NCBI GenBank assembly: GCA_027451365.1
Contig: DAIDJN010000044.1
Location: 1 to 18,651, forward strand
Direction of reading: 5' to 3'
Length of the DNA: 18,651 nucleotides
Origin: Phycisphaerales bacterium
GTDB taxonomy: Bacteria; Planctomycetota; Phycisphaerae; WQYP01
Positions 8,706 to 18,651 of the stretch are shown in pieces. Below the pieces are notes generated by a model. That model did no database searches, was not told the origin of the DNA, and was given only the letters and a program-made list of their open reading frames with translations. A program made the position numbers and the translations under genes. The first letter of the stretch is position 1. Each line of letters opens with the position of its first letter.

Positions 8706-11700
8706 TTATGCAAGCAGGACGGACAAAACATCCCCAGCCTGCAATTTCACTTGCCGCCCAAGCTTAATTCGAATGCCATCCGGTTCATGGATAAGATTTG
8801 CTGCAATCTGTTTTCGATTAAGAATGACAGAAACTCCGGCAAATTTCCCTGCGGGCAAAGAAATGGTTGCCAGATTCAGCGTTCCCCAACGCAAATGAAA
8901 TTCCGCTTTTCGCCCCGCCGCGGTTTTGCGCAGGGTGAAAGTTCCCCAGCCGCTGGCGGTGGTGAACGGCGCTTTGAAATTATCCGGGCGCAGTTGCGGA
9001 TCAAAGCCAATATGCCCCTTCGGTCCATGGTATTGATAACGACAGATGCTGATAAACGATCCATAGCTGGCCATGGACCGGGAATAATGATCGCTGCATT
9101 CAATTTCATTAAAGGGATTGCGAAGTCTGGCACTGTAGCGATCATGAATGGCTCGCGTAATGGCCAGTCCTTCCAGCAGCAGTCCCTCCGCGAGCATGTT
9201 ACTGGCGACCTGATGTTCAAAGCCGCTCATGCATTCCTGGAAATATTCCGCCTGCCATGCCGATTCCACGCCGAAAGGTTTGGGCAAATTCCGTGGATTG
9301 GTGGCCAGAATCAATCCACCGTCACCAGCGAGGGCGTAAGGCCGCCCCGCCGGATTGGCCATGCGAAAGGGTCCGACATTGGTGGTGAAGTTGTACTTGT
9401 AAATGGCCTGCAGGGCGAGGATTGTTTTGTCGCGGTCGAATACGCGTCCCAAGCCGATTTGCCAGGCCCAGGTCTGGCCATGCACCTGCTCAGTAAAGGA
9501 AGTCTGGTAGGTGCCAATATCATGGCGATGAGCGGGATCCGCTTTTTGTATGAAAAATTCACCGTTGAACAATTCGCTTTCAATGGATTTTTTCGTCTGG
9601 GAAAATTTGCGCGCGCAAAGTGCGGCAAATGCATGATCTGCGGTATCGGTGGCCATAAGTTCCCCGGCCCGTAGAGCCGCCGCATATAACCCGCTGATCC
9701 AGGGAATCTGGCCATACCATACGGCATCCAATGTATTGGGTTGCGATCCGTTTATAAGGCCCGTGTGTGCGTCTGTATGACGCATCAGCCAGCCGATAGC
9801 GAGTTTTACCCCCGGCCAGATGGACTTGAGAAAGGAATCATCCGCACTCATCTGATGTTCGCGCAAGGCGCAGAGTATCATTCCGGCCTGCCCGTCCACA
9901 GCCGGTCCGGTACCGGGGCCGCGAAAGCCGATCATGCCATTTTTATCCAGTGCCATCCCAAAATCCATCATTGTGCGCAGCGTGCGTTCGAGCTGGGGAA
10001 AGAGCCGCGCAGTGGCCTGAGAATAATGATATACATGCGTACAACTACCGGGGCAGCAGCCCACGCCCTCCCATCCCCAGTACATACCCGTACCGAAGCG
10101 ATGGCTGGTGGAGGTGGCCAGAACCGCCGTGTTGTAAACAACCCGGTCCAGAAACCACCAGGGAAGGCTGGAATCGTACCAGGTGTCACGCCATAATTTG
10201 GTGTCGCGGCTTAAACGCGGGTAATGCTGCACCACATAACTGATCACGGCGGCGGCATCGGAAAATCTCCGGGTGTAATAATTGCCGGTTGGATCGATAT
10301 TGCCATTTGGGAAATGCCATGCCGTGAAAAATATGATGGTTTTGGATTCACCGGGTGCCAAAGTGATGGATTGAACCAGTCCGCCCAGAAGCATCGTTCC
10401 GGGGTCCGCCGATCCGTCATTGCTCGCGGCGGCGGCAAATGGGGAACGTCCGGCCAGGTCAGCTTTTGCGACTGCTTGTCCCAAGACGCCCATGGCCATG
10501 GTGCCAAAATCACCATCTTTACGAGAGACCGTCGCGGGCAGCGGCATATCGGTTTGTACGATATCGGATATCCCTATATTGCCCCAGGGGCCAGTGGCGT
10601 GATCATAAATTTCAATGACGGCTTTTTTGCCTTCGAATTCCGAAACGTCAAAATATGCCGCGCGCATTTTGTTGTTGTCGTTCCCGGTCGCCTGGCGTAC
10701 CACTTTTCCATTGACCTTTAATCGCAAACCGACCGTTTTTATGTTCGAACCGCCGCCGATATAAAAAGTCAAAAAGCGGCGTTTGATGGTAAAAGGGGGG
10801 CTGGTAAGGGTGCCGGTTGCGGAGTCTTTTTGGGCTATCGTTGAACCGGGCGCGGTGGCATGTGAATTCACCACTCGGGGGCCTTTGCCTCCCACGTCTC
10901 CTTGATAAGCCGGCATTTTGGCCCGTTTAATCGGGCCGCGGCCAAATGCGGTGCCGGTGGTTTTCCATTGGCCGTAGTTTGCCTGATCAAAATCATCCAC
11001 CACAATATCCGGTCGTCTGGCCGCTGGTGACTGGGCCAGTGTGGCATCAAATCGCATGGCCATAATGGTGGCGTTGGCATGATGCCGGACTTCATTGATG
11101 CGGCCACCGCAGCCCGGTGCGGCGTGCAGCAGGCTACAGGCATTTTGTAAAAAGCCCGCCATGTCAATGGCTGCGGCAGTGGGACTGGAATTTGTGACCG
11201 CAAATTCGCAGATGGTCACTGGCAAACCGGAATCATCTTCATTTAACGGGATAAACGGCGAATAGGCCTCCAGCTTTACGGTCACCGGACATCCCGGATC
11301 GCTATAGTTAATTTCTCCGATGGGATAATTGCCGCGGAAAGTGATTTCCTTCCAGCCGCGGGCGTCCATGGTGCGCTCCACCCCATTGACCCGTAGTGCA
11401 AAACCCTGTTCAAAAGGAGATTCAACTTGGGCGGGGGACACGTAATTTGCCCCATTCTGCGGGTCAACATCATGTGGATGGCCAAAGCCGTTCCAAGGCA
11501 CCTGCCGCGGTTGAATACCGTTGCGATTCTGGTTGAATATATCCCAAAGCCAAAGTTTGCCGTCGCCGCCCAAATACACCGTCCCACAGCAATGGCCGCC
11601 CACCGGCATGCCGATGTGCTGCAGTTCACCTTTGGCCTTGGAATAGACCGTTGGTTCTCCGCGGGCGAACAATGATGCCACCCATTCTGGATTCAGTTTT

Positions 11701-11906
11701 TTATCCGGTGGAATTAATTTGGCAAAATCCGCAGTTTCATAGGGGCCGGCCATCACTGGCCGATCATTTAATAACATGGCCGCAGCGACGCCTCCGGATA
11801 AGGCTGCCATAAAATGACGCCGCGAAACGCCCTCGCCGCAGCAGTTATCCGCAGTGCGGCATTCATAAGCAGATGGCAAAATGTTTAGTCGAGTTCTTTT
11901 GGTCAT
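8706..11906 (-). CDS. Tat-exported GH116 family glycoside hydrolase with an inserted module
   Basis: 1066 aa with twin-arginine signal SRRHFM. N-domain motifs IGMPVGG.CCGTVYLGGDGKL..WDIFN and AYSPFIPLNEDDSGLP. C-domain motifs WGWEG..CCPGSCTHV, DGQAG, NTLD, GFEHQVA and RNPFNEIECSDHYSRSMAS. Confidence 0.88.
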   Translation of the reverse strand: MTKRTRLNILPSAYECRTADNCCGEGVSRRHFMAALSGGVAAAMLLNDRPVMAGPYETADFAKLIPPDKKLNPEWVASLFARGEPTVYSKAKGELQHIGMPVGGHCCGTVYLGGDGKLWLWDIFNQNRNGIQPRQVPWNGFGHPHDVDPQNGANYVSPAQVESPFEQGFALRVNGVERTMDARGWKEITFRGNYPIGEINYSDPGCPVTVKLEAYSPFIPLNEDDSGLPVTICEFAVTNSSPTAAAIDMAGFLQNACSLLHAAPGCGGRINEVRHHANATIMAMRFDATLAQSPAARRPDIVVDDFDQANYGQWKTTGTAFGRGPIKRAKMPAYQGDVGGKGPRVVNSHATAPGSTIAQKDSATGTLTSPPFTIKRRFLTFYIGGGSNIKTVGLRLKVNGKVVRQATGNDNNKMRAAYFDVSEFEGKKAVIEIYDHATGPWGNIGISDIVQTDMPLPATVSRKDGDFGTMAMGVLGQAVAKADLAGRSPFAAAASNDGSADPGTMLLGGLVQSITLAPGESKTIIFFTAWHFPNGNIDPTGNYYTRRFSDAAAVISYVVQHYPRLSRDTKLWRDTWYDSSLPWWFLDRVVYNTAVLATSTSHRFGTGMYWGWEGVGCCPGSCTHVYHYSQATARLFPQLERTLRTMMDFGMALDKNGMIGFRGPGTGPAVDGQAGMILCALREHQMSADDSFLKSIWPGVKLAIGWLMRHTDAHTGLINGSQPNTLDAVWYGQIPWISGLYAAALRAGELMATDTADHAFAALCARKFSQTKKSIESELFNGEFFIQKADPAHRHDIGTYQTSFTEQVHGQTWAWQIGLGRVFDRDKTILALQAIYKYNFTTNVGPFRMANPAGRPYALAGDGGLILATNPRNLPKPFGVESAWQAEYFQECMSGFEHQVASNMLAEGLLLEGLAITRAIHDRYSARLRNPFNEIECSDHYSRSMASYGSFISICRYQYHGPKGHIGFDPQLRPDNFKAPFTTASGWGTFTLRKTAAGRKAEFHLRWGTLNLATISLPAGKFAGVSVILNRKQIAANLIHEPDGIRIKLGRQVKLQAGDVLSVLLA

Positions 11907-12162
11907 GAATGAATCCTTAACTGTTGTAAGAATTCCGGTCCTATTTAAGAGAAAGTTTTTTAAAGCCTGTTCTCCCTGACTTTACCCAGGGTGCCCTTGT
12001 CCGCATGCGTCCAACAGGCACGCTTGAGATGGGTAAGGCCATCGTCAGCCGAGACCCAGGAATAGTGTTGCTACCATGAAATACCACCAAAAAGTAAAAC
12101 ATCAGGGTTCGTGCCTCCCATAACCGCCCCTGGTAACGGGATTCGATAAATCAGAACGCTGG

Positions 12163-13143
12163 TTACCATTCATACGCCCATACATAGGTTGTATATGTGG
12201 TCGTTTGCGGATTCCCAAATATCTGGCCATCGAGTTCCTCCCCGCAACGGGCAGTTAATCGCATGCCTTTTTGAAAAAACAGGGGGTCCGTGTCGTGAAA
12301 GCGATAGGCGGAAAACTGATGCGCGTTTCCATTTTTAGCCAAGTGAGTCAGGCCCGAAATGGGCGTATGAAATTTGCCGCTGGAAAAATAATAAGTGCCA
12401 CAAAAATAGTCCTCGAGTCCCGATGACAGAAATTCAGGCGATTTAGCTCCGTTAAAATAGGCGCGGATGCAGCTTTCCATGAAGTTCCAGTTGGGACTGC
12501 TTGCGGCCATGGTGACCAGCAGTATGGCACCGGCGGAACTCGTATTCATGAGGGTGAATTCCTTAAGCCGGGCCACGGTCATATTTTCGCGCTTATAAAG
12601 TTTGAGTCGGGCCGCCGGTGGCAAATGGATGCCCGCGATCCGCACCGGCAGGCCGACCGAGCCACGTATAATCCACCAGCAATCCGGATTGCCTTTAACA
12701 CCGGGTGCAAGTTGGCCGGTGACGCGCAATGATTTACCAAACGGTACCGGAAAAGTGTTGTAAAATCCGCCGGAATGACCAGTCATACCCATTTGTCGCA
12801 CGCCCCAGGGTGCGGTGTTATCATCAAAGCCAACACCATGGCCGAGGCCATATTCCATGTCGATGGAAGGAGATGTTTCTCCATCCACATAAAACCGGAT
12901 GCGGGTCTGATTGTAGTGCGGCCAGTTCCCGCCATACCACTGCTGCGTCAGGCAGCCGGAGCCATTTCGTTCAAAAAGAACCGCTTCTTTCGCAGCGGAA
13001 AGAATGTTTTTTTGCTTGCCCGCCGAACTGAATGTCTTCAGCCCGGGATTCCAATCTTTCGAGGTATCCATACCGGCCCAGGACATTCCGCCACCCAATG
13101 CGGTTAAACCGGACATGGCCAGCATATCGCGTCTTGTAGGCAT
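12163..13143 (-). CDS. Tat-exported DUF2961 (GH172-related) protein
   Basis: Start re-called at ATG 13143 (MPTRRDML), with a GGAG RBS at 13153-13150. Motifs IRFYVDGE..PSID, PVPFGKSLRVT, SSGLEDYF.G.YYF and SAYRFH..DPLFF are characteristic of DUF2961. Confidence 0.82.
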   Translation of the reverse strand: MPTRRDMLAMSGLTALGGGMSWAGMDTSKDWNPGLKTFSSAGKQKNILSAAKEAVLFERNGSGCLTQQWYGGNWPHYNQTRIRFYVDGETSPSIDMEYGLGHGVGFDDNTAPWGVRQMGMTGHSGGFYNTFPVPFGKSLRVTGQLAPGVKGNPDCWWIIRGSVGLPVRIAGIHLPPAARLKLYKRENMTVARLKEFTLMNTSSAGAILLVTMAASSPNWNFMESCIRAYFNGAKSPEFLSSGLEDYFCGTYYFSSGKFHTPISGLTHLAKNGNAHQFSAYRFHDTDPLFFQKGMRLTARCGEELDGQIFGNPQTTTYTTYVWAYEW

Positions 13144-13274
13144 ACATAACTCCAATTGTTAAATTGTCATCAGGTTTCTCAGGTTGGGCCTTTTCCCATT
13201 TCCAATTCAGGAGAGCAACCCCGTGGCTGCCATTGACCCTGTACTGCCACATGCGCCGCGATCCATCGCGTCGG

Positions 13275-16200
13275 TCACCTTTTTGTGTGGGTTGGAATTG
13301 GTACATCCGCGGTCACTGCAAGTTTCACAGGCCCGATGAGTCCCGCCGCAGATAATCTGGAGCCTTGTACATAATAATTCCAGGTTTCAAACGTCAGCCT
13401 GCCTTTATTTGGTCGCGGGGTATTGTGGATCACCCATTCTGGGAAACGCTTCAGCGGCCTGCCTACCAGCGTATTGCCAGACGTGCGCATGCCGCCCCAC
13501 TGCAAACTTGACGGCTGCTGGTCATCGCCAATCAGGCGATTTCGCCAGGTATTGGTAACGGCCACCCGCAGGTTATTGACACCCGCTTTCAGTGCGGATG
13601 TCACATCCATCTTAAAGGGCGCATGCCACAGGACACCCATTTCACGCCCGTTCACCCAGACGCGAGCCATGTCCTTCACGGAGCCTAACTCAAGAATTAC
13701 CCGGTTGTCGGCACCAATAAAACTGGCCGGAACGGTAAAAGATTTTCTGTAGGTTCCCGTGCCAGAGAAATATTTAATGCCGCCATTGTGCGAACTTGTC
13801 CATGATGCGAGTTTATTAAATACAAACTGTCGAGGCGCGCCCCAGCCGGGGGTGAATGAAACATTCCACGGGCCATCGACAGTTATAGGCTGAGGCAACG
13901 GCGCGATGCGCACCAGCTTCGTCGCACCGGACGCAAATGACAATTGGTAAAGTCCGCCGTGCGTGGTGCACAACCGCATTTGACCGGTCCTTTGCACACG
14001 AATAGAGACGTGCGTCGTTGGCGAACCGTTTCGATTAAGCGCTACAACGGAATTCAGGCCAGCCGCTGCGTGCCGAAATACCACAAACAGAGATCCCCGT
14101 GGGCCAAAAGCCAGCGGTACATTTGTACGGCCGTGGAAAAAGGTAAATTCACCGTCTACGGTTCGGCGTCCCGTGTCCGGCCGCCACAGTTCCGGGACCT
14201 TACCTGCAATCCGGAATGATGCGGTTACATGCACCGGCTTATTGGCGCGATTCACCAGAAAATAAATATCCAGCCCCGGGGCATGCCGGTGAATGGCCAC
14301 TACGCTTTGGGCTGGAATCGCCAACGTTCCGCCTTCGGTTATACGCGTACTTCGTGCCCGGCCGTTCAGCGTGTAATGCACTGTCAGAATTTTAACGTGG
14401 TCAAATGCCGGGTCTCCGCCGAAGGCGTTGTTGTTTACACCAAAAACTATTTTGCGTCCGCCATCCTGCCGGACCTGCTGCTGAAGTATGGCGGTCACGT
14501 TTACCCGGCGCCCGAAACCGGGCGCGGCGTAAATGGCGGATTGTATTTTAAGCGGACCGGTCGCGGTGGTGACAAGTTTGAAGTCCGGTGCAATTTTAAG
14601 TTGCGCAAGCACCGCGCGAACGGATCTGTTCCATACCACAAGTCCTTTGCCGAAGTGATGCTCTTTGACAGTATTGCCGTTGGCGTCGCCCCATACTTTA
14701 TCACCTATTGCGGCCACCGCCGCATCGCAAGCCGGGTAGTCTGTTAAACTGGGTGAACTTGTGGGCCGCGGACCGATCACCGTGGCGCCCGCCGCAACCA
14801 GAGATTCAAGCTTTTTGGCAACTTTCGGCAGCATCTGCTCAGTGGCCGGCAGCAGAAGCACGTCGTATGCCCGTCCGTCCGGCAGGGTAATTTTGCCGTG
14901 ATGGACGCTGGCCGTCTGAAATAATGCAAGACTTAACGCATCGGTTGAAAAACCGGGTGGCGTAAAATTCAGGGTACAGACGTTGCATACCTGTGAACCC
15001 TGTTGAAGCATGGTCTGACAGCGATTGATGTATGTAAAAAAAGCGATGCCGGGTTTGAACCAGGTTTCATTTTCGCCAAAATGCGTGCCCCACCAGCCCA
15101 TTAAAATGCCCGGCTTGTATTTTTTGTTAAGAGCCTGATGCGCCCAGTCATGCAGATAACAGAAGTTCACGCCGCTTAAAAAACCGCCATCCAAGGCGGG
15201 CTTCAGAAATGAGGGTGTTTCCGTCAAGCGGCTGGTGGCCGGGCCGCCGGTAAGGGTTTCAGCACCCACAATTCTGCGGCCATCGGCGCGGGCCGCGCCG
15301 GCTACATCTTCGCCGATGCCGTCACGACTGTCATTCCAGAATTCACCCATTGTCACATTGCATGAAGCGGCGGCCGCGATGGTGTTAAACGGGCCGGTAT
15401 ACGGCTCGAGGCACATTTTCATGCCAGCGGCGTCAATAAGTTTGCGGTAAACGTTAAAATCATTTTTTACGAACAACTGCGACACCGTGCGGTCCATGTC
15501 AAACCGGAAGCGGGCGGAAAGCGCGGGACTGCCTATCACCGCGCCGCTTAGCACCGGCAGCCAGGGAAGCGGGTCATAGTGACGCATGTGCATAAAATCC
15601 TGGCGAAAGTGCCCGGTCCAGTTCTGCGGGCCGGCTTCGTAACTGTCAAACAGAAGGTGATCAAAGGTGTGGCCCACAGCCGAACCAAGGTGCGATTGAA
15701 TTGCGCCAATGACATGTTCAATATGAAACTTCGCTGCCGCGGCGCTAAGTTTGTCCGCTTCCAGTGAATGCACAGTTCCGTGCGGCCCGACCAGGCTGTC
15801 GGGAACCGGATGATCGGTGGATGCGGTGCTGGTATACCCAATGCGATAAATGCGCCAGCCGCCCGCAGGTGCCTTCCATGTCAGTTGTCCCCCGGCATTC
15901 ATATCTGCTGAAATATTGTGAATATCAGCCGGTTGCACCACAGCTTTTTGCGGCAACGCCAGAACACAAATATCACGGTAAAAACCAAGTTGTGTGGGTG
16001 GCTGGGGGAGTTGCACGTTCACGTTCCCCGATGCTTTGACCATGGTGATGCTCCAGGTGACCATTTTCATGGATAATGCGGGGGTAATCCATGGGCCGCC
16101 ACTGGCATCCCAGCCCGGACAATTTTCCATACCCAGTTTCAGATGAAGCTTTCTGGCGGTTTTTACCGCGTACCGCACCATGCGCCAGAAGCGGGGGCTC

Positions 16201-16535
16201 CAGTATTTGACCGGCTTTTTGGTGCCGCTATTGGCTATGTTGTTGGCGACGCCCGCCTGAGATCCAATCGGACAAATTGTGGCACCCGCCACTCCGGCGG
16301 CCTTCATGGCTGTCAGGTCACGTTTGATGCCATATCGGCTAATGGTAAGGCCCATCCAATGCCACCAGACGTACAGACGATCTTGTACCGGCGGCGCGGC
16401 GAACTGCCGCGCCAGTGCGGATGAATCCGTCGCGGCCGCGGCTTGGGATATCGATGGATGAAAAAAGGCGGTCAGATATAGACCGAAGATTGCCGCAGCC
16501 ATAGTAGAGGCTGTCCGAAATGAGTGCTTTTGCAT
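13275..16535 (-). CDS. Secreted GH106 alpha-L-rhamnosidase-like glycosidase with C-terminal beta-sandwich domains
   Basis: Start probably ATG 16535 (AAGGG upstream; alternative 16556), with a Sec signal. Motifs F..PP...VWWHWMG, GW..SGGPWITP..SMK, DSYEAG, EPY, GEFW, GAE, PELWRP.TG, IKYFSGTGTY and NTWRNRLIGD. Confidence 0.87.
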   Translation of the reverse strand: MQKHSFRTASTMAAAIFGLYLTAFFHPSISQAAAATDSSALARQFAAPPVQDRLYVWWHWMGLTISRYGIKRDLTAMKAAGVAGATICPIGSQAGVANNIANSGTKKPVKYWSPRFWRMVRYAVKTARKLHLKLGMENCPGWDASGGPWITPALSMKMVTWSITMVKASGNVNVQLPQPPTQLGFYRDICVLALPQKAVVQPADIHNISADMNAGGQLTWKAPAGGWRIYRIGYTSTASTDHPVPDSLVGPHGTVHSLEADKLSAAAAKFHIEHVIGAIQSHLGSAVGHTFDHLLFDSYEAGPQNWTGHFRQDFMHMRHYDPLPWLPVLSGAVIGSPALSARFRFDMDRTVSQLFVKNDFNVYRKLIDAAGMKMCLEPYTGPFNTIAAAASCNVTMGEFWNDSRDGIGEDVAGAARADGRRIVGAETLTGGPATSRLTETPSFLKPALDGGFLSGVNFCYLHDWAHQALNKKYKPGILMGWWGTHFGENETWFKPGIAFFTYINRCQTMLQQGSQVCNVCTLNFTPPGFSTDALSLALFQTASVHHGKITLPDGRAYDVLLLPATEQMLPKVAKKLESLVAAGATVIGPRPTSSPSLTDYPACDAAVAAIGDKVWGDANGNTVKEHHFGKGLVVWNRSVRAVLAQLKIAPDFKLVTTATGPLKIQSAIYAAPGFGRRVNVTAILQQQVRQDGGRKIVFGVNNNAFGGDPAFDHVKILTVHYTLNGRARSTRITEGGTLAIPAQSVVAIHRHAPGLDIYFLVNRANKPVHVTASFRIAGKVPELWRPDTGRRTVDGEFTFFHGRTNVPLAFGPRGSLFVVFRHAAAGLNSVVALNRNGSPTTHVSIRVQRTGQMRLCTTHGGLYQLSFASGATKLVRIAPLPQPITVDGPWNVSFTPGWGAPRQFVFNKLASWTSSHNGGIKYFSGTGTYRKSFTVPASFIGADNRVILELGSVKDMARVWVNGREMGVLWHAPFKMDVTSALKAGVNNLRVAVTNTWRNRLIGDDQQPSSLQWGGMRTSGNTLVGRPLKRFPEWVIHNTPRPNKGRLTFETWNYYVQGSRLSAAGLIGPVKLAVTADVPIPTHTKR

Positions 16536-17006
16536 GATTACCCTTCTTACGATCATTCTACCGCTAACAGATATCTAAGAACGCCCGACCCCGGCGGATA
16601 TTTCGGATTGCGGCCGAAAAGATTGAAAATCCTTAATCCAAAATATCCCAACGGATTAAATGTGCCATCAGTTTATCCTGCGGTCGATACCGGCACAATG
16701 CACTGCCGCAAAAGCGACTGGCAGTCAGGGGCGGCGGGTGCCGCGTGGTGGTCGCCGGAAAGGAATAATGGTGGTAGCCATTTATGCTGTTTCCAATGCC
16801 ATGCGCGAAAGGTGTGGTATCGCGGCCGCGGCTTTTTGCAAGAACCGAAAGCCCGAATCAAGCATCGCGTAGCCTGCCTGATCTGAAACTGTGTTTTTCG
16901 ATTTACCGCGTCTTAATAAACAAAAAGGAAATCTGTGAGCGCAAGTCGATCGATAAAAAAACTACATCGGTGTCGGCGCAAGCACGACCGCTTTGACGAG
17001 TTGCTA

Positions 17007-17047
17007 TAAAGGTCGGGCCGCGGCTGTTGCCAACCGCGGCCCGTTTT
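17007..17047. terminator. GC-rich hairpin terminator after rnpB, possibly bidirectional
   Basis: 10-bp stem CGGGCCGCGG (17014-17023) / CCGCGGCCCG (17034-17043). ACCTTTAT follows on the minus strand and TTTT on the plus strand. Confidence 0.75.
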
Positions 17048-17425
17048 GGAATGGTCTATAAGCCGAATTCTGTGCCCGTTTTAGGGCGGCGATCATTTGT
17101 CTGGGATGGCCGTTACCGGTCACCTCGAGCAACCTACCCGGAACCTCGTGCTTTTGCGGTAGCTGACTCTGCAAGCAGAGCTTCACCATAGGCAAAAACG
17201 CCGACAGGACGACCTTTTGACGGGGGCTTGTCCGGTCGGCACGCGCCGGGACAGCGCATCGGTTCCTTATTTGGTCTTGCACCCGGTGGGGTTTACCATG
17301 CCAGCCCTGTCGCCAGGTCCGCGGTGCGCTCTTACCGCACCTTTTCACCCTTGCCGTCATCCTTGCGGATGCTTGGGCGGTTTAAGTCTCTGTATCACTT
17401 TCCATGGCCTCGCGACCTCCGGCCG

Positions 17426-18651
<1,226 letters not shown>

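Noticed and set aside
6950..17047. Glycosidase block as an island integrated at the rnpB 3' end
   Set aside because: No copy of the rnpB 3' end at the left border, and no integrase, transposase or terminal repeats seen.

Overview
Bacterial genomic DNA in three blocks. (1) 1-6556 is housekeeping: tRNA-Ser(GCT), a DUF3179 protein, a FabZ-family dehydratase, gap, a small membrane protein, rnpA, yidD and metF. The gene set looks planctomycete-like (Phycisphaerae-type); this is inference, not a database result. (2) 7232-16535 is a cluster of four exported glycoside hydrolases (GH63/trehalase-like, GH116, DUF2961/GH172, GH106), two of them with inserted accessory modules. The GH172+GH116 pairing suggests D-arabinofuranoside/fructofuranoside degradation. 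(3) 17048-18651 holds RNase P RNA (rnpB), a proteobacterial-type class II pyrC and the 3' end of glmS. The strongest hidden signal is in rnpB. All six long-range helices checked (P1, P2, P4-P7) are mismatched or reduced to wobbles between the 5' and 3' halves, while the local hairpins are intact. The gene is therefore a hybrid of two organisms, most likely an assembly chimera joined in the conserved J12/13-P13 block. In addition, pyrC is bracketed by an in-frame 16-bp direct repeat and reads 78 nt into rnpB.
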